Assembly: GCA_903845295.1 (NCBI GenBank)
Contig: CAIMWV010000010.1
Span: 1 to 56,434, forward strand
DNA: 56,434 nt
Direction of reading: 5' to 3'
Source of the DNA: Candidatus Staskawiczbacteria bacterium
GTDB taxonomy: Bacteria > Patescibacteriota > Minisyncoccia > Minisyncoccales > Staskawiczbacteraceae
This document shows positions 18,172 to 28,733 of this stretch, piece by piece (positions within the stretch are counted from its first letter, which is position 1; the number at the start of each line of letters is the position of its first letter). The notes below the pieces were generated by a model that was not told the DNA's origin, did not search any database, and was given only the letters and a program-made list of their open reading frames with translations. Made by a program: the position numbers and the translations under genes.

Positions 18172-19857
18172 TTACGCTATTTCTGCATTGTAGCACTGTT
18201 CACAGTAAATTTTGAATTTCTTTTGACTTTCTGGTGAGTATGAGGTTTCTATGTGTTTACCACAATTGGCACATGCTCCCGCCCAAAGATTCCTTGGGTT
18301 TCGCGTCGCCATTCGTCCTGCATGCCTACAATTAAAACATTGCGATGGAAGTGGGAGTTTGTTTCTCTTATAAAAATTTACTTCTCGATTGATGAGTTTA
18401 AAATTTTTTTGGCAACTTGTACAAGCAAGTGTTTCATTCATAAGCTGATCGCTATATTCTTCCGGGTTTTTCGGTAAATTTTCATGTTCGATAGTTCCTT
18501 GTCCTTTTGTGCTAGGAATATCATCTTTCCATGTAAAGCCTTGGGCCAGAGCTTCTTCTTTGTTTAGTGGCATATACTCATTAACTATTGCTTCGTTATA
18601 ACCAAAAGGGCTTAATTCTTTTGGAAAAAATAATCCCCAATCGCTAGTCTTTTTCAAATTTTCAATGATTTTTTCTTTTAATTCTTCGTATTCTGCTTTA
18701 CTATATTGCTTGTTCAAAATGCAATAAGATTTTTTGCGAAGTCCATAGCACCCGAAAAGATTGTTGCAGTTATGACAATTATCCGAGTAGCAAACATCGT
18801 GTGAATCAACTATCTCGTGGGAACCAATAACCCTATTACTGTTTAGCATGGTCAAGACTTGATAACATTCTGACAAATCACCGGTAAAAGATACGTCGTA
18901 TGAATCTATTGCCTTTCTTACTGTAAAACAAAATTTAGAATCCTCTCCGCTTTTTATATCAAAAGAATAATGAACGTTATGTGCATTGTATATATGATTC
19001 CCAGAAACATTGTTGTTGTGCGAACCGAAGAAAGCGCGCTGGGGAATTTTTGTACGTAAAACATCTCGCTCTTTTAAAATATAATCTATACTTGATTTTT
19101 CTTTTAGCGGATACTTTGATAGAAAATTTTTGTACTCTTCTTTTGTAACTGGCTTATTAAAAATGTTGTAAGACTTATTTATTTGTCCTACACAACCAAT
19201 ACAATTTAAACAATTTCTACAATCAAAAAGTCCAATACTGTCTACGCAACTCTCGCACTCTTGCGAATAAAAAAGTTTCGATGATTCTAAGCAATCGACG
19301 CATTCGTAACAAGATTCTGATTTAAATAGGTATAGATTATCTACCGAATCTCGGCAATTCCAAACAATATGACCATAATCACAGTCTTCATCGTTTAGAC
19401 CACCGAAGATAAGATAGCAATTTTTGCTTTGATTGATTTGGTTTGCATACTCACAATTCTCGGTCTCGGAATTCATCACGTTAACGCGCGGAACTGTATT
19501 GGATAATCTGGCGAGTTGAGTAAAAAATGGCTTCTGGCTATCAAAATCAATCCCGTAAGTCATGGGGTCCCAGTCATCACTCCACCATTCAGATACACTA
19601 TAAACAGGAAAGAGTGCGTCGGGACCATACGCAGAGACAATCATGTCGCCAGATTTACTAGATGGCCTTTTATACAATGTTTTAAAATTTCTAAAAAGCA
19701 TACGCAACTGCTGACGGCATTGTGGACAAATTTCCGGCGCTGGGACTTTCATTTTTTCGTAGAAAGCAAAATCATCGGACTCAATTACGAAATCCTTTTT
19801 GCAGTTTTGGCAGACTCGCACTGAGCCTGCCGAAGTGTTTTTGGTTTCCGATTTCAT
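18172..19857 (-). CDS. Cys-rich family protein, array copy 11
   Basis: Family blocks; in-frame REP encoding TSAGSV at 19819-19837; ends YCEQCYNAEIA. Confidence 0.9.
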   Translation of the reverse strand: MKSETKNTSAGSVRVCQNCKKDFVIESDDFAFYEKMKVPAPEICPQCRQQLRMLFRNFKTLYKRPSSKSGDMIVSAYGPDALFPVYSVSEWWSDDWDPMTYGIDFDSQKPFFTQLARLSNTVPRVNVMNSETENCEYANQINQSKNCYLIFGGLNDEDCDYGHIVWNCRDSVDNLYLFKSESCYECVDCLESSKLFYSQECESCVDSIGLFDCRNCLNCIGCVGQINKSYNIFNKPVTKEEYKNFLSKYPLKEKSSIDYILKERDVLRTKIPQRAFFGSHNNNVSGNHIYNAHNVHYSFDIKSGEDSKFCFTVRKAIDSYDVSFTGDLSECYQVLTMLNSNRVIGSHEIVDSHDVCYSDNCHNCNNLFGCYGLRKKSYCILNKQYSKAEYEELKEKIIENLKKTSDWGLFFPKELSPFGYNEAIVNEYMPLNKEEALAQGFTWKDDIPSTKGQGTIEHENLPKNPEEYSDQLMNETLACTSCQKNFKLINREVNFYKRNKLPLPSQCFNCRHAGRMATRNPRNLWAGACANCGKHIETSYSPESQKKFKIYCEQCYNAEIA

Positions 19858-19860
19858 ATT

Positions 19861-21615
19861 TTATACTACCTCGCTATTATAGCAACTTTCGCAGTAAATT
19901 ATTTCAGGACGTTCCGGCGCATACGGCGTTTCAAATTCATTCGCACAATTCGCACTGCCGTGAGAATGATTTTTCTTGTCGCACATGCATTTTCTGTGCC
20001 ATAGCTTAAGGGGGTTTCTTTGGGCGAGGCGTTCGTAGTGCCTGCAGTTGGGGCACATCCTTGGTAAGGGTAAGTTCGCCTTTCTGTAGAATTGCAGCTC
20101 TTCTTTGATTATTTTAAAGGCGGTGGTGCATTGGTGGTTGCACTCACCTTTGTGGCCACATCCTATTACCTTGCCGATAATATCATCGCCGACATCTTTG
20201 ATATGGTCCGGCAAGTCTTGCGATAGTATGTCTATTTTGTAGGTTTTCTCTTCCGGATCTTTCCAGCGATAACCTTGCGGCATGGCCTGTTCTTTGGTTA
20301 AGGGAAAGTACTCTTGGGCAATGGTTTCGTTGTAGGCAAAGGGGCTCAATTCTGAAGGGAAAAATTCGCCATATTTATAAACTCTTCCCTGCTTATCGAC
20401 ATACGGCATATCTGCCATCTGTTTTATAATTTTGGAAACCAGCTCCTCATATTTTTCTTTAGTGTATTGCTTGTTCAAAATGCAGTATTGCTTGCTTCGC
20501 AGTCCCGTGCAGCCAAAAAGATTCTGCGATCCCGTACAGTTTAGAGAATAAGAAACATTTGTGCTACCCTTGATAACCTGGCTGAACAGATAATAGGCGT
20601 TTTCGGTGGATTCAAAGCCAAGCGAAAGCGATTCGTACAGCATTTCACCGCGGCTTAAGCCATAAACATCATAAGAATCCTTCAGCCCGATGCCTATGTA
20701 GTGAGAGAAGGCGGAATTTTCGTAGTTATCTCCGGAAAAATCAAAGCACTCCTTGCAATTCTTTGAATTTTTAAGGTTATCCCCCGTAGATTGGGCTGTC
20801 TTAATCATCTGGGCATATTTGCGCAGCGCTCCTTTTCGGAGGTCGTTATACTTTTCAATGTGCTCTTGTAAAACCGCGTAGCTTCCTAAGTCAATCTGTT
20901 TCAGCTTTGAAAGATATTCCTCTTTGGAATAAGGCTGGTTAAACAGATAGTATTGCTTGCCCCGGAGGTTCACGCTGAAAGAGCAGTTCTGGCAATTCCT
21001 GCAGTCGAAAAGGAAATTTGAGTCTGTGCACGCATCGCAATACTGGGAATACTTCAAGTTGTACGAATTCTCGCATTGGACACACTGGTAGCAGCGCTCG
21101 TTACGCGTGCCGGTGTAACAATCAATGCTGTCTTTACACATGTAAATGCGGTTGGAATACAAGATGCCCTCGCTCTCCCTGCCAGCAATTTGCAAGTAGC
21201 AGTCTTTGGCCCCTGACATATAATTGCAGTAATCAGAATTGCTCGGCGTGGTATTAAAAAGCGCCATGGAAGGCGTGCGCTGCAGCAACTCCAAAAATTG
21301 GGTCATGAAGGGGCGGGAGAAATTATAAGCAACGCCTGCAGCCATGGGATCCCAGGAATCCGACCACCAGCAGTCTTGACAATAAACGACGAACGGCGAG
21401 TCGGCCGGATAAATCGAAACCATCTGCTTGCCGCACTGTGCACAATTCCGGCGGTACAGCGCCCGCTCATTTCTCCAAGTCATCCTGCGCTGGTTGCGGC
21501 ATTCTGGACAAAAAGTCGGCGGAGGCACTTTAATCTTCTCATAGAATGAAAAATCATCGGGCTCGATGATGAAGTCTTTTTTACAATTTTGGCAAATTTT
21601 GGTTTCTTGTTCCAT
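19861..21615 (-). CDS. Cys-rich family protein, array copy 10
   Basis: Family blocks; ends YCESCYNSEVV. Confidence 0.9.
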   Translation of the reverse strand: MEQETKICQNCKKDFIIEPDDFSFYEKIKVPPPTFCPECRNQRRMTWRNERALYRRNCAQCGKQMVSIYPADSPFVVYCQDCWWSDSWDPMAAGVAYNFSRPFMTQFLELLQRTPSMALFNTTPSNSDYCNYMSGAKDCYLQIAGRESEGILYSNRIYMCKDSIDCYTGTRNERCYQCVQCENSYNLKYSQYCDACTDSNFLFDCRNCQNCSFSVNLRGKQYYLFNQPYSKEEYLSKLKQIDLGSYAVLQEHIEKYNDLRKGALRKYAQMIKTAQSTGDNLKNSKNCKECFDFSGDNYENSAFSHYIGIGLKDSYDVYGLSRGEMLYESLSLGFESTENAYYLFSQVIKGSTNVSYSLNCTGSQNLFGCTGLRSKQYCILNKQYTKEKYEELVSKIIKQMADMPYVDKQGRVYKYGEFFPSELSPFAYNETIAQEYFPLTKEQAMPQGYRWKDPEEKTYKIDILSQDLPDHIKDVGDDIIGKVIGCGHKGECNHQCTTAFKIIKEELQFYRKANLPLPRMCPNCRHYERLAQRNPLKLWHRKCMCDKKNHSHGSANCANEFETPYAPERPEIIYCESCYNSEVV

Positions 21616-21665
21616 AATTTTTTTTAGTAATTATATTTATGCTGTTTCTGAATTATATCGCTATG

Positions 21666-23381
21666 CTATGCGACCTCGCTGTTATAACACTGCTCGCAGT
21701 AAATTATTTCTTTACGATCTGGGGCATAGCTGGTTTCGAATTTATTGGGGCATCGTTCTGTATGATGCGGGTGATTTTTATCGCACATGCACTGGCGGTA
21801 CCAAAGCTTAACCGGGTTTCTCCAGGCAAACCTGCTGTAATGTCGGCAATTCTGACATATTCGGGGCAACGGAATATTAAGCTTTCTGTAAAACTGCAGT
21901 TCTTGGTTGGTGATTTTAAATACTCCTACACATTCGTGTGCGCATTCTCCTTCGTGAGCGCAGCTAATGACCTCTTTGGTGATGTTTTCATCAACATTGG
22001 CAATGTCATCGGACACATCAGCACTGGACATGGTTGCTTTAAATTGTTTCTCTTTGGAATCGCGCCAAACAAACCCCTTATTTTCAACTTCCTCTTTTGT
22101 GAGAGGAAAATGTTCATAGGCAAAGGATTCGTTGTAAGCCAAAGGACTCATCTCTACTGGGAAGAACTCTCCGTACTCCCCAGTTGATTTCATGTGCTCA
22201 ATAATTTTTGGAACTATCGCCTCGTATTCTTCTTTGGTATATTGTTTATTAAAAATGCAATATTGCTTGTTGCGCAAACTGATGCAACCGAATAGGTAAG
22301 AAGAATTCTGACAGATATAACAATATTGCAAATTGGCATTGGAAGGATAACAGAATGCGGAAAACGCCACGTTATACGCCCCATCGCCCACAACAAGCGA
22401 ATTATAAATTAATTCTGACCCGCTCCCAAAATTACTGTGATCATATGAATCTTTCGCAGGACCCAATGTAAAGTTTTGGCAGTATTTAACATTTTCGCCA
22501 CCAACAATTCTCCAGCAATTCTTAGCGTCTTTGGAATCAAAGATATAGTCTCCGGAAACATTGGCGTTATGACGGCCGTGAATAAATTTATTTGGAAACT
22601 GCGCCCAGTGCCCAATACTCTTCTCTCTTAAAGCTTCGACATTAGTCCTTGAAGTTACCCCAATCTCTTCTAATTTTTCGAGATACTCTTTTTTGGAATA
22701 AGGCTGATTAAATATGTGATAAGACTTATTTTTTAAATTAGCGCAGCCAAAACAATTATTGCAACCAACACAATTCTTGCAGAACATCGCCTCGCTGCAT
22801 CCTTCGCAATCTATAGAATACAGCGTTTTATAGCACTTGGTGATATTAACGCAGTCATAACAAAGCTCAGACTCGTTATAAATATGGCAGTCAAAAATAT
22901 CTTTGGATTTAGCTCCCCAAATAGAATATGCAGAATTCTCCACATATGAGATGCCGAAGCTAAGATAACAATCTTTAGGTTCAGTAGCATTAGCACAGTA
23001 ATCACTGTTCAGCGGCTTAGAAAGGTTCCTGGACATAAGAGGAACTTGCCTCATTAGTTCTTTAAACTGTTCAAAAAATGGACGTGAAAAATCATAATTT
23101 CGTCCGTATTGCAGCGGGTCCCAGGAATCTGAATACCACTCTGACACTTCCATTATTTTAACCGGAGAATCCTCATGAAACATAGAAAAAATTTCCTTGC
23201 CATGGATATCTTTTTTCCTCATGAGCTTCCACTCGTTGCGCCACGAAAACCGTCTTTGCATCCTGCACTCAGGGCACCATGTGGGCGGCGGTACTTTTAT
23301 TTTTTCATAAAACGCAAAATCATCGGGTTCGATGATGAACTCTTGTTTACAATTCTGGCACTGGCGCGTTTCTTGATCCAT
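21666..23381 (-). CDS. Cys-rich family protein, array copy 9 (start MDQETRQC)
   Basis: Start chosen by alignment with paralogs; followed by orphan tail YNSETA* at 21637-21657. Confidence 0.9.
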   Translation of the reverse strand: MDQETRQCQNCKQEFIIEPDDFAFYEKIKVPPPTWCPECRMQRRFSWRNEWKLMRKKDIHGKEIFSMFHEDSPVKIMEVSEWYSDSWDPLQYGRNYDFSRPFFEQFKELMRQVPLMSRNLSKPLNSDYCANATEPKDCYLSFGISYVENSAYSIWGAKSKDIFDCHIYNESELCYDCVNITKCYKTLYSIDCEGCSEAMFCKNCVGCNNCFGCANLKNKSYHIFNQPYSKKEYLEKLEEIGVTSRTNVEALREKSIGHWAQFPNKFIHGRHNANVSGDYIFDSKDAKNCWRIVGGENVKYCQNFTLGPAKDSYDHSNFGSGSELIYNSLVVGDGAYNVAFSAFCYPSNANLQYCYICQNSSYLFGCISLRNKQYCIFNKQYTKEEYEAIVPKIIEHMKSTGEYGEFFPVEMSPLAYNESFAYEHFPLTKEEVENKGFVWRDSKEKQFKATMSSADVSDDIANVDENITKEVISCAHEGECAHECVGVFKITNQELQFYRKLNIPLPRICQNCRHYSRFAWRNPVKLWYRQCMCDKNHPHHTERCPNKFETSYAPDRKEIIYCEQCYNSEVA

Positions 23382-23386
23382 AATAT

Positions 23387-25168
23387 TTATGCTATTTCTG
23401 ATTGATAACATTCTTCGCAATAAACTATTTCCGGCTGGTCGGGGGCGTATGAGGTTTCAAATTTATTGGGGCAATGTCCATTTTTATGGAAATGTTCTAT
23501 CGTATTGCGGTATGCGTCATTTTCTGACTTTGAACCCCCGCATTGGCATTGCCTTTTATATAAATCTAATTTGGTACGCTGGTTAATGCGTTCAGAGTGG
23601 CGGCAGTTTGAACAAATTCTCGGCAGGGGCAAATTCATGCTGCGGTAGAATGCCAGCTCATCGGGCAATATACGGAATGCTAGAGTGCATTGGTCGTTAC
23701 ACTTTCCCTCATGAGCACAACCTATAATTTCTGCAGTAATAGAATCCGACACATCCTTGATGTTGTCGGGTAGCTCGCTCGCCTGTTTAGTAATTTTATA
23801 ATTGCGTTGGGCGGTGTCGCGCCAGGCAAAACCAAACTCTTCGGCCTGTTTCTTGGTAATGGGAAAATTTTCCTGTGCCAATGTCTCGTTATAGGCAAAC
23901 GGCGAAAATTCTACCGGAAAATATTCGCCGTATTTATACACCCTCCCCTTTGCATCCGTGTAGGGCTTGTCATCCATGTGTTTCTTGATCTTCGAAACAA
24001 GTTTCTCATATTCTTCTTTGGTATATTGCTTGTTCAAAATACAGTACTCTTTTTTGCGCAACCCGATGCAGCCAAATAAATTAGACGAAGACTGGCACAT
24101 GTAAGAATATTCAATATCGTGCACATTCTCTTGCACGTTGTAGCAAAACTTAATATTGTTAGTTCCTAGTCCGCAGGCAGCACACTCATAAATCTGCTGG
24201 TTGCCCGCTCCCCACGCAGTATAATCATAACAATCTTTGCTTCCGGGCGATTCCTGCACATATTGGCAGTAATGCAGGTTTTCGCTTTCGCGCACCAAGA
24301 ATGATTTATTCACGTTACGGGAGTGTGAAATATAATTGCCGGAGACATTCGTATTCGAAAGCCCATTGATATACTTATTCGGGAACTTCAACCAAAATTC
24401 TACAGCTTTCTTACGCATCTCTTGCAGCGCCGCATTTGAACCGATATTAAACTCTGCAATTTTTTTAAAGTAATCCTCTTTATTATATTTCTCATTGAAA
24501 ATGTAAAAAGATTTTTTACGCAATCCGACGCAGCTAAAACAATTATTTATGCCTACGCAGTCCTTGCAGAAAGCAATATCGTAAGATCCCTCGCACTGCG
24601 AAGAAAAAATGGCGTTACGGCAAGACGTCAACCAAAAGCCCTCATAACAACGTTCTGATTTTAAAACGTGTGAACCGTCCACGCAATTCTTCACGTCTCC
24701 CAAGCCGTTGCCGTACATGCAATCCTCTGCCCTCTGGCCATTGAAAGTCAGGTAGCAATTTTTAGGATCGGTAAAATTGTTTACGTAGTCGCTGTTTACG
24801 CCATTTACTACATTCAAATTTTTCAAGGGTACTGTATGCAACAATTCTTTAAACTGCTCGAAGAATGGCCTCTCATCGAAGTTTTTGCCAAACATCATCG
24901 GGTCCCATGAGTCGGTAAGCCAGACTTCTTTTTCATAAACTTTTACCGGCGCATCGGGCGCAAATGCTGAAAAAATATCTTTGCCCGAACAGTCACTTCT
25001 CCGTTTAAATAAAAACCGCTCGTTTCTAAAGGCCATCCTACGTTGGGCACGGCAGAGCCAACAGAATGTCGGCGGCGGTACTTTTATTTTTTCGTAAAAC
25101 GCAAAATCATCGGGCTCGATGACGAACTCCTTTTTACAGTTTTGGCAAGTTTTGGTTTCTTGTTGCAT
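23387..25168 (-). CDS. Cys-rich family protein, array copy 8 (start MQQETKTC)
   Basis: Family blocks; start chosen by alignment. Confidence 0.9.
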   Translation of the reverse strand: MQQETKTCQNCKKEFVIEPDDFAFYEKIKVPPPTFCWLCRAQRRMAFRNERFLFKRRSDCSGKDIFSAFAPDAPVKVYEKEVWLTDSWDPMMFGKNFDERPFFEQFKELLHTVPLKNLNVVNGVNSDYVNNFTDPKNCYLTFNGQRAEDCMYGNGLGDVKNCVDGSHVLKSERCYEGFWLTSCRNAIFSSQCEGSYDIAFCKDCVGINNCFSCVGLRKKSFYIFNEKYNKEDYFKKIAEFNIGSNAALQEMRKKAVEFWLKFPNKYINGLSNTNVSGNYISHSRNVNKSFLVRESENLHYCQYVQESPGSKDCYDYTAWGAGNQQIYECAACGLGTNNIKFCYNVQENVHDIEYSYMCQSSSNLFGCIGLRKKEYCILNKQYTKEEYEKLVSKIKKHMDDKPYTDAKGRVYKYGEYFPVEFSPFAYNETLAQENFPITKKQAEEFGFAWRDTAQRNYKITKQASELPDNIKDVSDSITAEIIGCAHEGKCNDQCTLAFRILPDELAFYRSMNLPLPRICSNCRHSERINQRTKLDLYKRQCQCGGSKSENDAYRNTIEHFHKNGHCPNKFETSYAPDQPEIVYCEECYQSEIA

Positions 25169-25173
25169 ATTTT

Positions 25174-26955
25174 TTACGCTACCTCTGCTTGATAACATTG
25201 TTCGCAGTAAATTATTTCCGGCTTATCGGGAGCATAGCTGGTTTCAAATTCATTGTGGCATTGGCCATCCCCGTGCTGATGCTTGGCTGTATTCGAATAA
25301 ACGCCGTTTAAAGACTTACCGCCTGCGCATTGGCATTTCCTGTGCCAAAGCTTCGAGGGATTGCGCTGGGCAAGGCGTTCGTAGTGCCTACAATTTGGGC
25401 AGAGATGCGGCAGAGGGATATCCATTGCCTTATAAAACTGGAGCTCTGAAGGAATTATCTTGAATGCCGTTGCGCACTGATGGTTGCAGCTGCCAGCGTG
25501 TTCACAAGAGATTATTTCAGACGTAACAGAATCCGGCACTTGCGAAATCGTGTCAGGCAAATCTTTTGATTTTATTGTTGGAGCGTATTTTTTCTCATTG
25601 GCAACTTTCCACTTAACGCCCTGCGCCTGCGCCTGCTCCCGGCTCAGGGGCGAGAGCTCCTGCGCCACTGTTTCGTTATATGCAAAAGGAGAAATTTCGG
25701 CTGGGAAAAATTCTCCGTACTTATATATTCTCCCGCCCATGTCTTTATAGGGCATGGTGTCCATGTGCTCGATAATTTTGGGGACAAGGGCTTCGTATTC
25801 CTCTTTGGTATATTGCCTATTTAGAATGCAGTACTGCTTGCTGCGCAGGCCTATGCAGCCGAATAAATATGAACAGTTGTGGCAGTTGTTCGAATACTGG
25901 ACATCGTGGCAACTGAAAATGAACCGGGAAAACATGCATCTGCTTCCCGGATAAATGGTTGAAACCTCGTAGGCCAGTTCCGATTTCAGGCCAAGGTGGT
26001 CGCAATCAACGCAGTTCTTTACATTAGAATAGGTAAGCCAGAGGTATCTTGAATCCTCGGCACCGCCGAAAACATCGAATACTTTATAACAGTTCTTCGT
26101 TTCCTCAAGATTGTCCCCTACCGAATTGACGGCCCGGATTATGCGGGCAAATTTTCTAGGATACTTAATCGAATGCCCGGCAAACCTCTTCTTAAGATTC
26201 TGTATCGCGGCGTAACTGTTAATGTTAAGCTCTTTCATTTTTTGTTGGTACTCTTCTTTGGAAAGCTGTTCGTTAAAAAGGCAGTGTGCTTTATTGGATA
26301 AATTCACGCAACCCAAACAGTCGTGGCAATTTTTGCAGTTAAACAAGAAACTGGAATCGTAGCATCCTTCGCAGTAGCGGCTGTACTTGAGCTTGGTGCA
26401 GTTTAGGCAATCCACTGTTTCGTAATTTTGCTCACATTTGGTATCCCAGTAGCAATCGGCACATTCTTTACTGTTGAAAATAAATGCCGAATAGTTGGTA
26501 TTCTCATTAAAATCGCCGCCCACCACTAAATAACAATTTTTATTTCCTTCGGTGATGCTGCAATAATCGCTGTTTACGGGGTTTATGTTCAGAACCGCTA
26601 TGTCAGGGACTTCTCTCCACAGTTCTTGAATTTGGGAGAAAAATGGCTTTTTAAAATCGTAGTCCCTGCCAAACGTTATTCCGTCCCATGAATCGCCCCA
26701 CCACGCTTTGTGGCAATAGACTTTCTGCGGATTATCCGGCGAAAAGACGGAAAACGTTTCCTCTGAATGCCCGGGCGCCTCGCATTTCCTCTTGTATAGT
26801 GTGCGCTCATTCCGGAAAACCATTCTCCTGATTTGCCTGCACTCCGGGCAAAAAGTCGGTGCTGGCACTTTTATCTTTTCATAAAACGCAAAATCATCGG
26901 GCTCGATAGTGAACTCCTTTTTGCAGTTTTGGCAAGTTTTGGTTTCTTGTTGCAT
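25174..26955 (-). CDS. Cys-rich family protein, array copy 7
   Basis: Family blocks; ends YCEQCYQAEVA. Confidence 0.9.
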   Translation of the reverse strand: MQQETKTCQNCKKEFTIEPDDFAFYEKIKVPAPTFCPECRQIRRMVFRNERTLYKRKCEAPGHSEETFSVFSPDNPQKVYCHKAWWGDSWDGITFGRDYDFKKPFFSQIQELWREVPDIAVLNINPVNSDYCSITEGNKNCYLVVGGDFNENTNYSAFIFNSKECADCYWDTKCEQNYETVDCLNCTKLKYSRYCEGCYDSSFLFNCKNCHDCLGCVNLSNKAHCLFNEQLSKEEYQQKMKELNINSYAAIQNLKKRFAGHSIKYPRKFARIIRAVNSVGDNLEETKNCYKVFDVFGGAEDSRYLWLTYSNVKNCVDCDHLGLKSELAYEVSTIYPGSRCMFSRFIFSCHDVQYSNNCHNCSYLFGCIGLRSKQYCILNRQYTKEEYEALVPKIIEHMDTMPYKDMGGRIYKYGEFFPAEISPFAYNETVAQELSPLSREQAQAQGVKWKVANEKKYAPTIKSKDLPDTISQVPDSVTSEIISCEHAGSCNHQCATAFKIIPSELQFYKAMDIPLPHLCPNCRHYERLAQRNPSKLWHRKCQCAGGKSLNGVYSNTAKHQHGDGQCHNEFETSYAPDKPEIIYCEQCYQAEVA

Positions 26956-26958
26956 AGT

Positions 26959-28623
26959 TTAGGCTATTTCGCGCTGGTAATCTTCCAGGCAGGCTATTTT
27001 TTTAAATCCAAGTTCGGGACTGTAATAATGTTCAATCTCTTTTTTACATTTATAACAAACTCCTTTTTGCGGTATTGCCATTAAACTAAAAGGCTTAAAG
27101 CGCTCTAATGTGCGCCAGTCAAAATGTCGGCGTGGAAGCGGAATTTCATGTTCCCGGTAAAACGACAGCTCATCCTGAGTGATATTGTAGCTAAGTTTTG
27201 TTTCCGGGCACAGGATGCGTTTTTTAGTGATATCATCTGTAACTTGGTCAATGGTGTCCGGCAAGTCGTCTCCGCTTATGATATTTTCATAGTGAGGTTC
27301 AACGGTTTTTTCCCATTTGGCGCCAAACTTTAGGGCTTCTCCCTCTGACATGGGAAACATCATATGAGCCAGAGAAAGATTGTAGCCCGAGTATGCGGCT
27401 GACAGCGGGAAAAAATTACCCCACTCCTCGTTCTTTTCCATAACGCTTTTGATTTTTTCAACAAGCTCTTTGTATTCAGCCTCAGTATATTGTTTGTTTA
27501 AAATGCAATATTTCTTTTTGCGCATTCCAACACAGCCAAAACAATATTCGCACTCTTCACAATTATCTAAGTAACTGCTATATCGGCAGCTTGTAGTATA
27601 AAGATTACACGTATTGCCATAACCGCCAAATTGGTCCATCACGCAAAGAGCGCCTTTCTCTAGACTATAACAACCCGATAAATCAATAGATTCTTTATTG
27701 CCATACCCCCTAAAATTATATCGGCAATTTTCTGATTCTTCCAAAAAATAACATTGATAGCAATTTTTATCGTTGTTAAGGAAGTTTCCTGTGGAATTCA
27801 CCGCCTGAACATTATAATTTTGTCGGTGCACAGCATCCAGTCCAATATGCTGCCAAAAATTTCTTTTCAGGTTTTGGATAGCTGCCCATGATTTTAAATT
27901 ATATTCTTGTAGTTTTTTATCATATTCTTCTTTTGAATATTGCTTATTTAGAATGCAATATTTTTGATTTCTCAAATTCCAGCACATAAAACAATCCTGG
28001 CAGTTCCGGCAATCATACAAAAAGGAACTGTCCATACAATCACGGGAATTAAAAGAATATTTTAAATTATAGCTTTTAAAACAATAAAAGCAATCATACG
28101 AACGCTCAAGATTCCAACAAAATGTAAGATCAATAGAATTTTTACAACTAATCACGCGATAGCCGTAGTTTATGAATTCGCACCAAGCACCCGATCTAGT
28201 TAGATACGTGTCCTTGGATTCCCAGATATCGTCGGTCCAGTCACAATTAACATTTTTAGTACCAGTTTGGTGCGGGTGCGGAACCTTTGATTGCAATTCA
28301 ACTACCTGATCAATAAACGGACGCGAAGAGTCGTAATCTTTTCCATACGTGAGCGGGTCCCATTTGTCTGACACAAATTCGTTGCGCTCGTATATCGGAA
28401 AAGGAACTGATTCAGGAAGAACCGTTATAATTGTTTTACCGCTTAATGCAGATTTTGTAATTCTAAACCTTCCATTCACCCAAAAAGCCAAACCATACTT
28501 ATAACGGCAATAAGGGCACAAAACCGGCGAAGGCAAGTCCATCTTCTCGTATAACGCAAAATCATCGGGCTCAATGGTGAAATCTTGTTTACATTTTTGG
28601 CAAACTTTGGTTTCTTGATCCAC
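26959..28623 (-). CDS. Cys-rich family protein, array copy 6 (divergent subtype, GTG start)
   Basis: CQKC..F.IEPDDF, CILNKQY twice, CPET...FY...IPLPRRH. Confidence 0.88.
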   Translation of the reverse strand: MDQETKVCQKCKQDFTIEPDDFALYEKMDLPSPVLCPYCRYKYGLAFWVNGRFRITKSALSGKTIITVLPESVPFPIYERNEFVSDKWDPLTYGKDYDSSRPFIDQVVELQSKVPHPHQTGTKNVNCDWTDDIWESKDTYLTRSGAWCEFINYGYRVISCKNSIDLTFCWNLERSYDCFYCFKSYNLKYSFNSRDCMDSSFLYDCRNCQDCFMCWNLRNQKYCILNKQYSKEEYDKKLQEYNLKSWAAIQNLKRNFWQHIGLDAVHRQNYNVQAVNSTGNFLNNDKNCYQCYFLEESENCRYNFRGYGNKESIDLSGCYSLEKGALCVMDQFGGYGNTCNLYTTSCRYSSYLDNCEECEYCFGCVGMRKKKYCILNKQYTEAEYKELVEKIKSVMEKNEEWGNFFPLSAAYSGYNLSLAHMMFPMSEGEALKFGAKWEKTVEPHYENIISGDDLPDTIDQVTDDITKKRILCPETKLSYNITQDELSFYREHEIPLPRRHFDWRTLERFKPFSLMAIPQKGVCYKCKKEIEHYYSPELGFKKIACLEDYQREIA

Positions 28624-28710
28624 GGTCTTGTGAGCGAGGCGAACAAGATTGCTTCGGAAATTAGACCCAGATATATCGAATACATTGAGGGTCTAATTTA
28701 CGCTGAACAC
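28624..28710 (-). repeat. GTGTTCAGCG-hairpin element, copy A
   Basis: GTGTTCAGCG-TAAATTAGACCC..AATGTATTCGATATAT..GGGTCTAATTT-CCGAAGC...TCGCCTCGCTC; related to 31949-32095. Confidence 0.75.
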
Positions 28711-28733
28711 ATTATTCGTTCGCTTATTAATAA

